Source of the DNA: an uncultured archaeon
GTDB lineage: Archaea > Thermoproteota > Bathyarchaeia > Bathyarchaeales > Bathycorpusculaceae
Assembly: GCA_963782915.1 (NCBI GenBank)
Contig: CAWALK010000020.1
Span: forward strand, 288,001 to 352,000
Direction: 5' to 3'
DNA: 64,000 nucleotides
Position numbers and translations under genes: made by a program. The stretch's first letter is position 1, and every line of letters starts with the position of its first letter. Shown here piece after piece: positions 20,118 to 34,243 of this stretch. Below the pieces are notes generated by a model. The model saw only the letters and a program-made list of their open reading frames with translations. It did no database searches and was not told where the DNA came from.

Positions 20118-23100
20118 ATGCAATTCACCAAAGCCCTAACAATAGTTATCATCAGTATGGTATTCTTATCATGTTTTATAAGCTTATACAAAATAGAACC
20201 TGCCGCAGCAGTAACTAATAATGGCACAGTAATTTTTCATGAGACCGGTTTAGCCTCGGGTACAAGTTGGAAAGTAAATATAGGTGGCATCCAACTACTC
20301 CTCAACCAGTAATACTATTTCTCAAAGCTGGATATCTAGTCGTCTCTTACTCTTGGACTATTTATGTGCCAACTGGTTACACTTCAACATCAACATTAAC
20401 TGGCTTCTTTTTCTTATCTACGGGCGAAACAAGACATTTCTACGTTGACTTTACTGCTGCAGCCAGTTACAATGTTACCTTCACAGAATCCGGCTTATCT
20501 TCAGGCACAAGCTGGAACGTTACCTTAGATGGTACAAACAACGTTTCCACAAGCCCAACAATAACATTCACTGGAAAAAGCAACGGAAACTATGCCTACA
20601 CAATCTATACACCTTCTGGTTATGTTTGCGGTTCAGCACCCAATGGAACCATAACCGTTTCCAGCAACGTAAATTGGCCTGTTACTTTTGGCTCAGTTTC
20701 CGGCACTGATTGGCCCATGCGGCAACACAGCAACCTGCGCAGCAGTTACTCCGAATCGGCTGGACCAACCACAAATGAAATCCAACGGACTTTTGCAACC
20801 GGCGATGTTGTTTCTTCATCTGCAGCAATTGTTAATGGCGTCGTTTACGTAGGCACCGACTCTCTGGGAATGTTTGCGTTTGATGCATCCAACGGTGATG
20901 TAATATGGAATAACCAAGACCTTCAAAATGTGGCTTCTTCTCCAGCGTCGTCGACGAAGTGGTCTATGTAGGTTCATTTAGCGATAATTATGTTTACGCC
21001 TTGAATGCGGCTACAGGAGAACAATTGTGGCGTTCTTTAACAAATGGCGAAGTAACTTCTTCTCCAGCTGTTGCCAATGGAATTGTCTACGTAGGCACTC
21101 AACGAAATAACCTATATGCTTTTAACGCTGCAACAGGCAACGAAATCTGGAGTTACCCCGCCGGTGGCTATATCTATTCTTCTCCTGCAATTTCCGACGG
21201 TATTGTCTACTTCGGTTCATGTGACCATAAAGTATACGCTTTGAATGCATCCTCAGGAAGCTTCTTATGGAGCTATACCACTGGGGCCGATATCAACCCA
21301 ATTCCTGCAGTTGTTGACGGCGTCGTCTACGTGGGTTCAGACGATACAAAAGTGTATGCTCTTAACGCAAAAACTGGCGGGTTATTATGGAGTCACACTT
21401 TGGGTTCCTCTGTGTATTCGTCTCCTGCAGTTGTTAACGGCGTCGTCTACGTAGGCTGTAGTGACAACAAAATTTATGCATTAAACGCTACCAACAACGG
21501 CGCGCTCTTATGGAGTTACACAACCGGCGACTGCTGTATATTCATCACCTGCTGTTGCTAATGGTGTTGTTTACGTAGGTTCATACGACAAGAAAGTATA
21601 TGGATTAAACGCTAATAACGGAAACTTGTTGTGGAGCTACACTACTGGCGGAGGCGTATTTGCGTCTCCCGCTATTGCTAACGGCGTTGTCTATATTGGC
21701 TCAGAGGATGGCAATGTTTACGCGTTCCATACCTCCGCACCTACACAGTACACTTTGACGATGAAGACTGTTGGTCAGGGCAGTGTTTTGCCGGGGAACG
21801 GAACTCAAAATGCAGGCGCAACCGTAAACTTACAAGCTATGCCTGCTGCTGGCTGGAGTTTTGGCGGTTGGAGCGGCGATGCAAGTGGCTCAACAAACAC
21901 ATCTATAACCATTGATGGGGACAAAATAGTTACTGCAACCTTCACTCAAATTCCAACTTACACTGTGACATTACACAGACAGGTTTACCCACAGGCACAA
22001 ACTGGACAGTAACATTTAACAGTACAGCTAAATCTTCAATTACTAACACAATCTCCTTCACAGGATACGTCAACGGCATTTACTCTTACTCAATTGTAAA
22101 CCCATTCGGCTATGTCTCTGATGTATCATCTGGAACAGTAACTGTAGCAAACGCTAATGCAAATCAAGATGTAACTTTTGAGTCAGCTGATTGGCCAATG
22201 TTCCAACATAACCTAATACATACTGGCTATTCAGCAGTCAATGGGCCAACTAACAATCATACTCTATGGAGCACTACTATCTCAACTTGGGGTTATATGC
22301 GGTCGGGTGCCAGTGTTGTAAATGGTTTAGTCTACCAGGGTTCAACTGACTATAAAGTGTACGTTTTCAATGCTTCTACAGGCAACCAAGTTTGGACCTT
22401 CAACACCAACGGTCCAATATTACTTCAACTCCTGCAGTAGCAGACGGAGTCGTTTACATTGGTTCAGCCGATGATTACATTTACGCTTTAAATGCCTCCA
22501 GTGGCGCTCAAATCTGGAGCTTCCAAGTTGGTTCTGATATTTATTATTCTTCGCCCTCTGTTGCTAACGGAATTGTCTACGTTGGATCAAACGACAATAA
22601 ATTATACGCTTTAAACGCTGCTACAGGCGCTAAAATATGGGAATACACCACAGGCAACGACATAAATTCATCCCCGGCCGTTGTTAACGGCATAGTATAC
22701 TTAGGTTCATATGACAAAAACGTGTACGCATTGAATGCTGCTACCGGCGCTAAAATCTGGAACTATACCCTAGGAGGCCCGACATATTCGTCACCTTCTA
22801 TTGCTAACGGCGTTCTCTACATAGGTTCATTGGATAAACAAGTATATGCATTGAATGCTGCTTCGGGATCTAAAATTTGGAACAGCACTACTGGCGGCCA
22901 AATAACATATTCATGTCCTGCAGTTGCGAACGGAGTTGTATACATAGGTTCGCAAGACAAAAAATTGTATGCTTTGAACGCTACCACCGGCGATATGATT
23001 TGGAGTTACTTAACTAACGGAGCAATAGCCGCATCTCCTGCTATCACCAATGGTATTGTCTACATAGGCTACAAACAACAAAAGAGTCTCTGGTTTAAAC

Positions 23101-26100
23101 GCTACCACAGGCGATTGTATATGGAGCTACTATTTCACATAGTTCTGATGTACAAGCTTCTCCAGCGATTGCAAACGGTGTCCTCTATATATCATCAGTT
23201 GGGTGCAAACTGATTGCAATTGATGGACAAGCGCCACAGAGTACACGTTAAACATGAATACGGTGGGTCAAGGCAACGTTTCACCAGGCAACATAACTTA
23301 CCCAGATGGAACAATCGCAGATTTGACGGCTACACCCGCGGCAGGCTGGAGTTTTAAAGGATGGAGCGGCGATGCAAGCAGGCTCAACAAACACATCAAT
23401 AACCATTGATGGCGACAAAACAGATCACTGCAACTTTCATTCAAAACAGTTACATCCTAACTATGATTACAGTCGGCAACGGAACTGTTAACCCCGGAAA
23501 TGTAACAACCTGCAATTATGGCGACATCGTTGACATTAACGCATTCAATGATGCCGGATGGAGCTTTAGTGGTTGGAGCGGCGACGCTTCTGGCTCAAGC
23601 AATACTACTATAACAATGGATGGTAACATAACCGTAACTGCCACTTTCGTTCAATTTAATGCAGTGAGCAACGGAAAAACCAGCGGTCAAGTCGGCGATA
23701 CAATAACCTATAGCGGCATCAGGATTTGCACCAGAAACAAGTTACTATTTGTCATTCGGCGGCTACTACATAGCAGATATCCAAACCAACAGTACAGGCG
23801 GGTTCATCTACACCGATACAGTAATGAAGATTATGGGTGCCGAATGGACAGTTGAACTTGTGGATTCCGGAAGCAGCCTTTCAGTTGCCAGCACCCAATT
23901 CACTGTCTTGCAATCCCTCACATTAAACGTTACTTCAGGCCCGTCCGGAACTATAGTTTCAATAGTTGCTACTGGTCTGCAATCAGGAACACCCACCATA
24001 GGCGATAACCTTGCCGCAACATTCAACGGAACAACAGTAACCCTAAACAGCGCTATGAGCAGCGGTTGGGGCGACTTTAACGCAACGTTCACAGTTCCCT
24101 TATCAGCACTTGGCAACTGGACGCTTCGAATTACCGACGACACCGGCGACGACATAACCGCAACCTTCCAAGTAACAGGTTACACAATCACCGTAAACCA
24201 AAACAGCCACGGCACCATCAGCCCAGCCACCCAAGAATACACCAAAGACACAAACCAAACCTACACAATCACTCCTGACCTTGGCTACCACATCGTCGAT
24301 GTAGTCGTGGATAGTGTTTCAAAGGGTGCAGTTTCATCTTGGCAATTCAACAATGTAACTGAAAACCACTCAATCACAGCAACTTACGCATTAGACGAGT
24401 ACACCATAACCATTTTAACATCAGGTAACGGTTCAGTTGTTAAAACCCCCAGCCACCTCACCTATCACTACGGCGACCTGGTGGAATTAACCGCGACTCC
24501 GGATGCAGGCTATTCATTTAGTGCATGGACTGGCGATACAACAGGGACAAATACAACCATAACCGTCACCATGAACGGCAACAAGACTGTCACTGCAACC
24601 TTCACTCAAAACAAATACACGATCACCCTAAACTATGATGGCCAAGGACACATTAACTGCAACGCAACTGAACCCTACACTTACAACCAAGCCGTAAACT
24701 TAACAGCAATAGCAGATCAAGGCTGGACTTTCGCAGGCTGGAGCAATGATGCCTCAGGCAGCAATAACCCCTACACTTTAGTGATGGATTCCAACAAAAC
24801 CGTAACCGCCACTTTCGTGCATAACACCTACTACATTACAATAAACACAATCGGTCAAGGATCAGTTAACCGCAATGTAACCGGGCCCTATGAATACAGT
24901 CAAGACGTCAATTTGACTGCTGTAGCAGCGGCAGGTTGGTGTTTCAGCGGTTGGAGCGGCGACGCATCAGGCAACGATAACCCCTACATTGTAAGCATTG
25001 ACAGTAACATTACTATCACTGCGACTTTCACCCAAGACAGCTATCTATTAACAGTAATTACTGTCGGTCAAGGGTCAGTCGCCGCTGGTAATGTGACGTA
25101 TCTATCTGGAACAAATGTTACCCTTGAAGCCCTATCTACTGCTGGTTGGTGTTTCAGCGACTGGACTGGCGATATTACTGGAACCGCAAATCTCGCCTCC
25201 GTTGTTATGGATAGAAACATGACGGTAACTGCGACTTTCAAACGTAACACCTACATCTTAACTGTGATTACGATAGGCAACGGTGTGGTGCGGCCAGCGA
25301 ATGAATCATTCAAGTACGGCGAAAAAGTTGATGTTGGCGCCAAAAACGATGATGGATGGAGTTTTAGCGGTTGGAGTGGAAATGCTTCAGGTGCAAACCC
25401 CAAACTTCGACTCACTATGACTGGCAACTTGACAATCACTGCAACTTTCACTGAAAACGTTTACACCTTAACCCTGCTTACAGTGGGCAACGGCGATGTC
25501 TTACCTGGCAACATGACCGCCTACTCATACAACGATTCAGTTAGATTTAGCAGGCGATCAACGCTAAAGGCTGGACATTCGCAAACTGGACAGGCGACGT
25601 AGAAGGCGTAACTAACACAACAATCAACATCATAAGAAACATGACTGTTACTGCCGCTTTCACCCAAGACACCTACAGTTTAACAATGATTACCCTCGGT
25701 CAAGGCACGGTCACTCCTGGTAACCAAACCTACCTATCAGGCACATTTGTAGACATAGCTGCAATGAATGCAATTGGATGGACATTTAGCGGTTGGAGCG
25801 GTGATTATACTGGTTCAACTAACACCACAATCACGCTAGATTCCAATATGACCCTAACTGCCACTTTCACCCAAAACCTCTACACATTGACAATCCATAC
25901 AGTTGGTCAGGGCAACGTTAGCCCCGGCAATCAGACGTATCTCTCCGGAACATCCGTTGACTTGAACGCTATGAATGCGAAGGGCTGGACTTTCAGTCAA
26001 TGGACAGGAGACGCTTCAGGCTCCACTAATAAAACCATCACAATGGACAGCAACCTGACTATAACTGCCACATTCACCATCAACACTTACACTTTAACCG

Positions 26101-28790
26101 TAACTCAAGGCAGCCATGGTACTATCAGCCCAGAAACATCAATAGTAAACTATGGAACAGACAAGTCCTTCTCCATTACCCCTGATACAGGCTACCACAT
26201 CGTTGACGTCCTAGTTGATAGTGTCTCGGTAGGTGCAGTGAAATCCTGCGAATTCGCCGACGTAAACACCGCCCACTCTATAACCGCTGTCTATGCCATC
26301 GACACCTTCAGTATCACGGTTACCCAGTCAAACCATGGAACAATTAGCCCCTCCACTGCAACTGTTGACTATGGCGGTGTTCAGAGCTTCACAATAACAC
26401 CCGACACCGGCTACCATATAGTCGATGTCACAGTGGACGGTAACTCGCAAGGTGCAATCACGTCATACCAATTCAGCAATATAGAAGAAACCCACACTAT
26501 AACTGCAACCTTCGCAATCGACACCTTCACAATATCAGTGACTCAGGGCGCTAACGGCGTTATCTCGCCAGAAACAACCATAGTCAACTATGGCTGCAGT
26601 CAAGCATTTACTATTACAGCTAACGTGGGCTATCATATCGTTGACGTAGTTGTCGATGGTACCTCAAAGGGTGCAGTATCCGCCTGGGAATTCAGTGATG
26701 TGCAAGAAACTCACACTATCACCGCAAGCTTTGCAATTGACCAATTCACCATAACTGTTACGCAAACAGACAACGGTCTCATCACACCTGACACTACGGT
26801 CGCAGACTACGGAAGTTCAAACAGCTTCTCAATAACGCCAAGCATAGGCTACCATATTGTTGACTTAGACGTTGACGGCGAATCTAAGGGTGCTGTAAAT
26901 TCATGGCAGTTCACCAACATCCAAGAAGCGCACTCAATTACTGCAACATTCGCAATCGATACATTCAATATAACTGTCACACAGAACGGCAACGGAGTTA
27001 TTGCTCCCTCAACCACCGCAATCAACTATGGCTCAGCCCAAAGCTTCACAATAACACCTAACATAGGTTACCACATTGCAGATGTTACAGTAGACGGAGC
27101 ATCGAAGGGCGCTGTTTCTTCATGGATTTTCTCAGATGTCAAAGAAGCCCATACCATAACAGCAAGCTACGCCCTAAACGAATACACACTAACAATCAAT
27201 ACTGCAGGCAGCGGTTCAGTCGCAAAGAATCCTATAAAAGCAACCTATCACTACGGCGACGCAGTCCAATTAACCGCCACCCCGAATGCCGGATGGTCAT
27301 TTGCCACCTGGGCAGGAGACTTAACAGGCACAGATAACTCAGGAACGGTAACTATAAACGGCGACAAAACTGTCACTGCAACATTCACTCAAGACACCTA
27401 TACCCTAACCATAACCACAGCCGGTCAAGGCACCGTTACACCAAGCAACACCAGTTACCTCTCAGGAACCACCGTAGACCTCAATGCAGTAGCTGCCCTA
27501 CACTGGAAATTCAGCGGATGGAGCGGAGACGCTTCAGGTACAGCCAACACAACCATCACTATGAACGGCAACAGAACAGTAACAGCAACATTCACAAAGA
27601 CACTCTACACCGTCAACTTTGCCGTCTCAGGCGTCGGCTCAGACTATAGCGGATCAGCCTTGACTGTCGATGGCACAGAATACTTGGCTAATGCGTTTCC
27701 GTTAACATTCACTTGGGAGTCAGGCTCTAACCACAGCTTCGCATATGCCTCAACACTTGGGGCAAGCAGCGCGAAACGTTATGTTTGGTCCTCAACCGCT
27801 GGTCTCGCAGATGCACAAACCGGTTCATTAATGATTGCAGATGCAGGTACCGTTACAGCAAGCTTTAACACTCAATACCAGTTGACCGCAACTTCCGCTC
27901 ATTCATCAGCCAGTGGCAGCGGCTGGTACCCCGCTGGAAGCTACGCCACGGCAGCAGTATCCTCCTCAACAGAGATGTCCGGAAGCGCTGTCCGCTATGT
28001 GTTCAGCGGTTGGAGTGGCGCAGGTAATTCAGAGCTGTACACCTACATATTGATGGAAGGACCGAGAACGGTTACTGCAAACTGGGTAACACAGTACCAA
28101 GTAACCGTCTCAGTTGATCCTGTTGGCAGTGGAAGTGCAACTTCGAACACTTGGATGTCCGCGGGAACACTGACCCTATCAGCGACACCATACAGCAACT
28201 ACACCTTTGCAGCCTGGACTACAACTGGATCCATAAGCATCGCTTCGTCCTCAATGAATCCGATCACAGCAACAGTCAGCGGCCCCGGAACAGTAACAGC
28301 CAACTTTAACAGCACAAACCTAATCGCGACAGTAACCACAAACGGCGAAACCTACGGCGTCGGCTTAAGCGGAAACGTTACCACAAGCCAAATGTCGAAC
28401 TTAACCATCACACCGCATGAAGACATCGCAACTACCTCAGTGGCATTCACCGTTACAGGTGAACATGGCATGATGGGCTTTGGTAACTTAACACTATCGA
28501 AGAACGCCATACCCTATGGAACAACACCGCTACTCTACATCGATGGTATCTTGGCAGAAAACCAAGGATACACCGAAGACGCCAACAACTACTACATATG
28601 GTACACGACGCATTTCAGCACCCACGAAATCACCATCGAATTCACATCGGCGATAACTCAGCCGCAGCCTTTAACAAACGCGTTTGATGTACCCGTCTAT
28701 TGTGCAGTGGCTATTATCGGATTGGTACTGTTTGGTTTGTTGCTACAGCGCAAAAAGAAATCAGAGGATAACCAAAAAAGCACAACCTAG
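20118..28790 (+). CDS. giant cell-surface protein: two PQQ-like beta-propellers, many InlB B-repeat/Ig-like repeats, C-terminal TM (fragmented by many frameshifts)
   Basis: Signal peptide at 20118; repeats SSPAV.NG.VYVGS.D...YALNA.TG..IW; repeats GW.F.GWSGDA.G....ITMD.N.T.TATF and TP..GYHIVDV.VDG.S.GA; TM plus basic tail at end; fragments abut in shifted frames. Confidence 0.85.
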
Positions 28791-28798
28791 GCGTTGAA

Positions 28799-28826
28799 AG
28801 GGGTTTCATCCCCTCGAATTTTTTTG
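28799..28826 (+). terminator. short hairpin plus T-run after surface protein gene
   Basis: AGGGG-TTTCAT-CCCCT followed by TTTTTTT. Confidence 0.45.
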
Positions 28827-29191
28827 TTAGATGCAACTAAACGGGGTGGCTGGAAGCTTAGAACATGACTGATTGCAGCATATATGAGACCACAATTATA
28901 CTGCAGAGCGCTACACAGATTGGTGGTGCAGCTTTTCTAGAAAAAAACGATTCGTAGTAATCTTTGAATTCAACTTTAATTAAACGTAGGCACCCCTCAG
29001 CATGAACCCTATCCATTTTTAGCCTTCTCCTTCTCAGAAAAGGGTAGGGTTGCTTGGTTAATAAGTTCTTTCGAATATTGGGTCTGCAGAGCTTTTGATT
29101 CAAAGTTGCCTATTTTTCTTTTCACTAAGAATAGGTTATTTAGGCGGCGGCTGATTTTAACCAGAAACATTCCAGTCACACGGTGAAGTCC

Positions 29192-29973
29192 ATGTCTAAA
29201 CCTAAAGTTGGCGTTTCAATGCTCTACTGCCTCGGTGAACCATTCGACCGCATGGTTAAACGCATAGCGACACTCGACACAAAAAACATAGAGATACTCG
29301 ACGATGGCACACACGAATTAACCCCCACCCGCATAGCCACACTCAAAGAAACAGCCAAAACCTTCGGCATAGACTATTCATTGCATGCACCTTTTGCCGA
29401 CATCAACATAGCTTCACCCATAAAACCGATTTTGGCAGCTTCAATTAAACGGGTAAAACAATCCATCGCCCACGCCAACAGCTTAGACGCTAAACTCGTA
29501 GTCATCCACCCCGGCGCACACACAGGCATCAGCCAATTCTACCCCGGCGCTGAATGGAAACGAAACATCGAGAGTATAAAGAAATCTATGCAGCCGCCGA
29601 AGAATACGGCGTTAACATTGCAATGGAGAATTTGCCGGGTAAATACTGGTTTTTGATGAATTCCCCAGTGGAATTCAATCGGTTCTACAAAGAATCTAAC
29701 TTGCCCATAGGCATCGTCTTGGACTTGGGTCACGCTAACTTGGAAGGGCAAATTGAACCGTTCTTTAATCAGTTAGCGGACAAAATCGTGCATATCCACG
29801 CCAGCAACAACGACGGATCAGATGACCAGCATAACGGCGTAGAAGACGGCAACATAAACTACAACCAATTTGCCGAGTCAATCAAGAAGATTGGTTACGA
29901 TAAGTGGGTTATGGTTGAGTCTACGAAGAAAGTGCCTGAGAGCATCGCGAAGTTAAAGCAGTTGCTCGTTTAG
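29192..29973 (+). CDS. sugar phosphate isomerase/epimerase (xylose isomerase-like TIM barrel; frameshift near 29570)
   Basis: SLHAPF.DINIAS, VIHPG, AMEN, LDLGHA, HIHAS.N.G..DQH. Confidence 0.85.
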
Positions 29974-30883
29974 GGGCAACTCTATTTCCAGGTAGTCTTC
30001 GGCTAGGATGCTGTTTGGGAACACTTTTTTTGCTTGTTCCAGTAGTTGCGAGGCATCTGGGTATCTTGCGCTGATGTGTGTGAGTACGAGGCGTTTGGCG
30101 TTTGCAGCTTTTGCTTGGGCGGCAGCTTGGCTTGGTGTAGAGTGCCCATCAACACCTGCTTTCTCAGTCAATGAATCGTCAAATGTGCAATCATGAATAA
30201 CTAAATCTGCACCGTCCGCAAACTTGGCGAAGGCTTCGAAGGGTTTGGTGTCGCCTGTATAGACGATTTTGCGACCGGAACGGAGAGGACCCATTACGTC
30301 GCTGGGTTTCACGATTTCGCCGTTTGGTGCGGTGACTTCTTGGCCGCTTTGGAGTTTGCCCCATAATTCGCCGGCTGGGATGCCGAGTGCCTGAGCTTTC
30401 TTGGGATAAAACCTGCCGGAGCGCGGCTTCTCGATAAACGCGAAACAGTAACCTTCTACGGCATGGTTGGATTTTGTGGCTATGACTTGGTATTCTTCTT
30501 CATCACAGATCAATGCCTTCGCCTGTGATTTCGTTGATTTCATATGGGTAATTTAAGCCAAAGTTAAGTGTTTCTTTGGTGCAAATCAGAAATTTTTCAA
30601 GGCCGAGTGGACCATAAATTTCGAGGGGTTCTTTGCGGTCCATCAAAGCCATAGTCTGCAGCAGCCCCGGCAATCCAAGTACGTGGTCGCCGTGCAAGTG
30701 GGAAATGAAAATCTTCATTTTACGATGAAAACTCACTTTTCCCCCCATCATTTGATGCTGTACGTTTTCGCCGCAGTCAAACATCCACTGATTCTTCGGA
30801 CACTGCACAACCACACAGGGCAAGCTCCGCTTCATCGTTGGTACGCTGCCGCTTGTTCCCAAAAACACCACACGAATACTCAT
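29953..30883 (-). CDS. rnz: ribonuclease Z (frameshift near 30520)
   Basis: FLGTSGSVPT..R, FDCGE, HLHGDH, YTGDT, GHST, LTHISARY. Confidence 0.95.
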
Positions 30884-30888
30884 CAGCT

Positions 30889-31929
30889 TTACACCTTTTC
30901 GAATACTGCGATTTCCCTTGTCAAAGTAGCGTGGATATAGGCGAAATGGGATTCCACATGCCTAAAGCCTATCTCTTTGCCTAATTCGGATATGTTTAAT
31001 GTTTTAGGGGAAGCTATACAAATCCGTTGCCCCACCCCCAAGAGTTCACGTGAAGCAGCTAAGACTTCTATTACGAGTTGTTTGGTGGTGGATTTTAGGG
31101 TGCTTGATGAGCGGCCGTAGGGTGGGTCGGTGACTATGGCGTCGGCTTTGTAGAGGGGGATTTTGCGTGAATCCGCCATCAGTAAGCCTTCAGCGGCGAT
31201 GTTGAAGAATTCCAGGTTCTTTTTTGTGCCTTTAATCATTCGGCGTTGTGCGTCTATGCCGACTGCTCGGCAGCCGATGAATGTGGCTTCGATGAGTGAG
31301 GTGCCTGTGCCGCAGAATGGGTCCAGCAGTACGGATTCGGCTTTGGCATGTGCCAGGTTGATCATGCATCGGGCCATTTTTGAGGGCATGGCTGATGGGT
31401 GGAAGAATGGTTTTTTGCGTGGACGACGTTCCGAGAAGGTTTTGCTGGTTATGTCGGTTAATTTTAGGCCCAGTATGAGTTTGTCGTCGGTGATTATGCC
31501 GATTATGGTTTTGTCTGGGTTTTTGAGGTTTACTTTGGCGCCTTGGGTTTGGTTGAGGATTTGTGCGCCCAACTCAATCTCAAGTGTCATGGTGTTTATT
31601 TCGGCGTCGGCGTAGTTTTTGATGCGGTTGATGCGTACTACGAAGCTTTCGCCGGATTGGATGATTGATTTGAAGTCTACTTTTGCTGCTGCTTCGGCTA
31701 TGTCTTTGTAGGTTGCGTTTGCTACAAGGAGCTCCTGTGCACAAACCCTTGTGTAAGCGGAGCGAATCTGCACAACCTTAACGCTTTCCAACTGTGATTC
31801 TAAGCGGAGAATCTGGTCAAACTCTGAAGCATCACTATACGGGTAACCTTCAGCTTCCAAAATCGCCTTAACTTCCGATGAGGGAAGTGACTCATTTTCG
31901 CCTGAAAGCAAAAAGAAAAGCTTAGGCAC
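30889..31929 (-). CDS. trm11: tRNA (guanine-10-N2)-methyltransferase, THUMP + MTase
   Basis: RP.KKPFFHP.AM..KMAR.MINL, LDPFCGTG, TDPPYGRS. Confidence 0.85.
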   Translation of the reverse strand: MPKLFFLLSGENESLPSSEVKAILEAEGYPYSDASEFDQILRLESQLESVKVVQIRSAYTRVCAQELLVANATYKDIAEAAAKVDFKSIIQSGESFVVRINRIKNYADAEINTMTLEIELGAQILNQTQGAKVNLKNPDKTIIGIITDDKLILGLKLTDITSKTFSERRPRKKPFFHPSAMPSKMARCMINLAHAKAESVLLDPFCGTGTSLIEATFIGCRAVGIDAQRRMIKGTKKNLEFFNIAAEGLLMADSRKIPLYKADAIVTDPPYGRSSSTLKSTTKQLVIEVLAASRELLGVGQRICIASPKTLNISELGKEIGFRHVESHFAYIHATLTREIAVFEKV

Positions 31930-32810
31930 TAAACAGCGCCTTTGAGAGCTTGGCTAATCAGCGGCGCCAACGAAACCTTGCTGATGCTTCCGGGGACGCT
32001 GTCGGTTCCAACGATTTCTTCTACGCCTGCGTCGAGGATGCGTTTTTCTGCGTCGCCTATGAGTAAGCCGTGGACGCAGCCGCAGAACACATGTTTAGCG
32101 CCGTTTTCGCGGAGGATTTTGGCTGCGCCGACTATGGTGCCGCCTGTGCTGATGATGTCATCGAGGATTATGACGGTTTGGTCTTTAACGTTTAAGCCTT
32201 CTGCGGTTTGGACGGTTTGGCCTGTGTAGCGGTCGCGGGTTTTGTTGAGGTGTCCTGCGTCGCCGCCTAGGACTGCTTGGGCTTGTTGGGCGATGTACAT
32301 GGCTCCTTTGTCGGGTGAGAGGGCGTATGCGCCTTTGTAGCCTTTTTTAACGAAGTAGTCTGCGATGAGTGGGATTGCGCTTACGGTTTTGGATGGCAAG
32401 CGGGAATTGTTTTAGGGAAGCTTCTAGTGGAGGTTAACTGTTAAGAACTCGTCGATTCCCGAGGCTTTAAGCATCCTTGCGATGGTTTCAACGCCGATGC
32501 CTTCGCCTGCAAGGAAGATTTTGTCTTGCCTTGCATACGCCATGTAGGGTACGACTGCGGTGACTTTGGTAGCGCCCGCACGTTTAGCGGCGTCTGCCAT
32601 GAATGCCAACTGGAATAATCTTCCATCCTGCATCGGAGGACAAGTTGTTTGGATAATCGCGACTTCTTCGCCTGCTACGTTGCCGTCTAAGCGGACGTAG
32701 GATTCGCCGTCTGGAAAAATCTTTGCAACGACTGGAACGTTTGGGTAACCTGTTTGGGCTGATACTGCTTCAGCTAAGTCTTTGGATGCGGGACCCGAGA
32801 TAACCTTCAC
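31929..32810 (-). CDS. prs: ribose-phosphate pyrophosphokinase (frameshift near 32420)
   Basis: FPDGESYVR, PYMAYARQD, SPDKGA, DDIISTGGT. Confidence 0.95.
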
Positions 32811-32914
32811 TGTAAATGCCTCTTTGCCTTTAGGAATGCAAACTCAGGTTTTAAGGCTTATCTCTAAAAATAAACCTTGATAAAATGGATATGAGACTAA
32901 ACCGTTAGGTAAGT

Positions 32915-33415
32915 ATGAAAACAGTACACGTACTCCGCGACATGCAAGAAGCTTTCAGAGATGCAGACCGCCTGTTTCACCAGGGTAACTATGAGGGTTC
33001 AGTTGAATGCTACAACAAAGCTCTATGTCTCTGCCAGTCGCTTCCACCGAATGCCATTGAGCAGTTCGATTGGCGCCGTTTTGAAGCGTCCTGCCAAGCT
33101 GGATTATCCGCTGCATACGGGCGTTTAGATAAACCCATCGAGAGCTTTGCAGCCGCCAATAAAGCCCTGCTCTTCTATGATGAATGCGGCGAAAACTACC
33201 CCGCAGACACAGGCCGATGGCTTATGGCTATGGTGAATCAGGGCACCGCGTTGGCGGCATTCAAATGCTTCAACGACGCCCAAGCGGCTTTCAAGCGGGC
33301 AAAAGAAATTTTCATATGCAAGGGGCTGGATACTCCTGAGAATAAACAGTGGATAGAGATGGTTGACGGAAACATCGCAGCCCTAGACGCTCATCTCGCA
33401 AAAGAAGAGCAATAG
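32915..33415 (+). CDS. TPR-like protein (DUF3856-like)
   Basis: FD...F.A.C.AGL..A...L....E....A.KAL..Y/F...GE......G.W pattern; helical repeats. Confidence 0.65.
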   Translation: MKTVHVLRDMQEAFRDADRLFHQGNYEGSVECYNKALCLCQSLPPNAIEQFDWRRFEASCQAGLSAAYGRLDKPIESFAAANKALLFYDECGENYPADTGRWLMAMVNQGTALAAFKCFNDAQAAFKRAKEIFICKGLDTPENKQWIEMVDGNIAALDAHLAKEEQ

Positions 33416-33456
33416 ACTGCTTTGGACCTTGACCACACTGGAAAAGAGTGAGTCGT

Positions 33457-34243
33457 ATGGATACATGGCGTTACCTTCCCCTCTCAACTAACAATGCCGC
33501 ATTGAACATGGCAATCGACGAAGCCATCCTGACAAGCCCGAGTCGCCGACAAAGTGCCAAATACGCTGCGGTTTTACCGTTGGCAACCCTCCGCCGTAAG
33601 CATCGGCAGAAACCAGAACCCCGAAGCCGAAGTCTACCTTGACGCAGCCAAACAGTTAGGCGTGGATGTTGTGCGGCGGCCAAGCGGCGGCGGAACCGTC
33701 TACCACGATTACGAAGGCGAAGTAACCTACAGCGTCATCGCCAAAACCAGCGATTTAGGCACCGCAGACATAACCACCGTATACACCAAAATCTACGGCG
33801 CAATAACCGATGCCCTGCGATTATTGGGTGTTCCAGCCGATTTTAGCAGTGGAGACGCCAAAAACTGCCCCAACCTAACCGTAAATGGCAAAAAGATTTC
33901 GGGCAGCAGCCAAACCATCACCCGCGGCGTCGTCCTCCAACACGGCACAATCCTGCGCAGCGTGGACATCGACAAAATGTTCCAGCTCCTCCAGCTAAAA
34001 GGCGCAAGCTGCACCCAAGCCGCCGATATCGGCAAACGCAAAATCACCAGCATCCAAACCGAACTCGGACACAAAATCAGCCCCGACACAATCGCCAACG
34101 CATTGGCACAGGGCTTCAAAGCAATCCTCAAAATCCAACTCGAACCAAGCGAACTAACCGCAGAAGAAAAAGAAACAGCAAACAAACTCTACAAAGAAAA
34201 ATACACAACAAAAGAATGGAACCTAAGCGGAAAAACCGCCTAA
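33457..34243 (+). CDS. lipoate-protein ligase A / octanoyltransferase family (frameshift near 33538)
   Basis: NMAIDEA, LRFY.W, RRPSGGGTVYHD, KKISGS.Q, QHGT. Confidence 0.9.
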
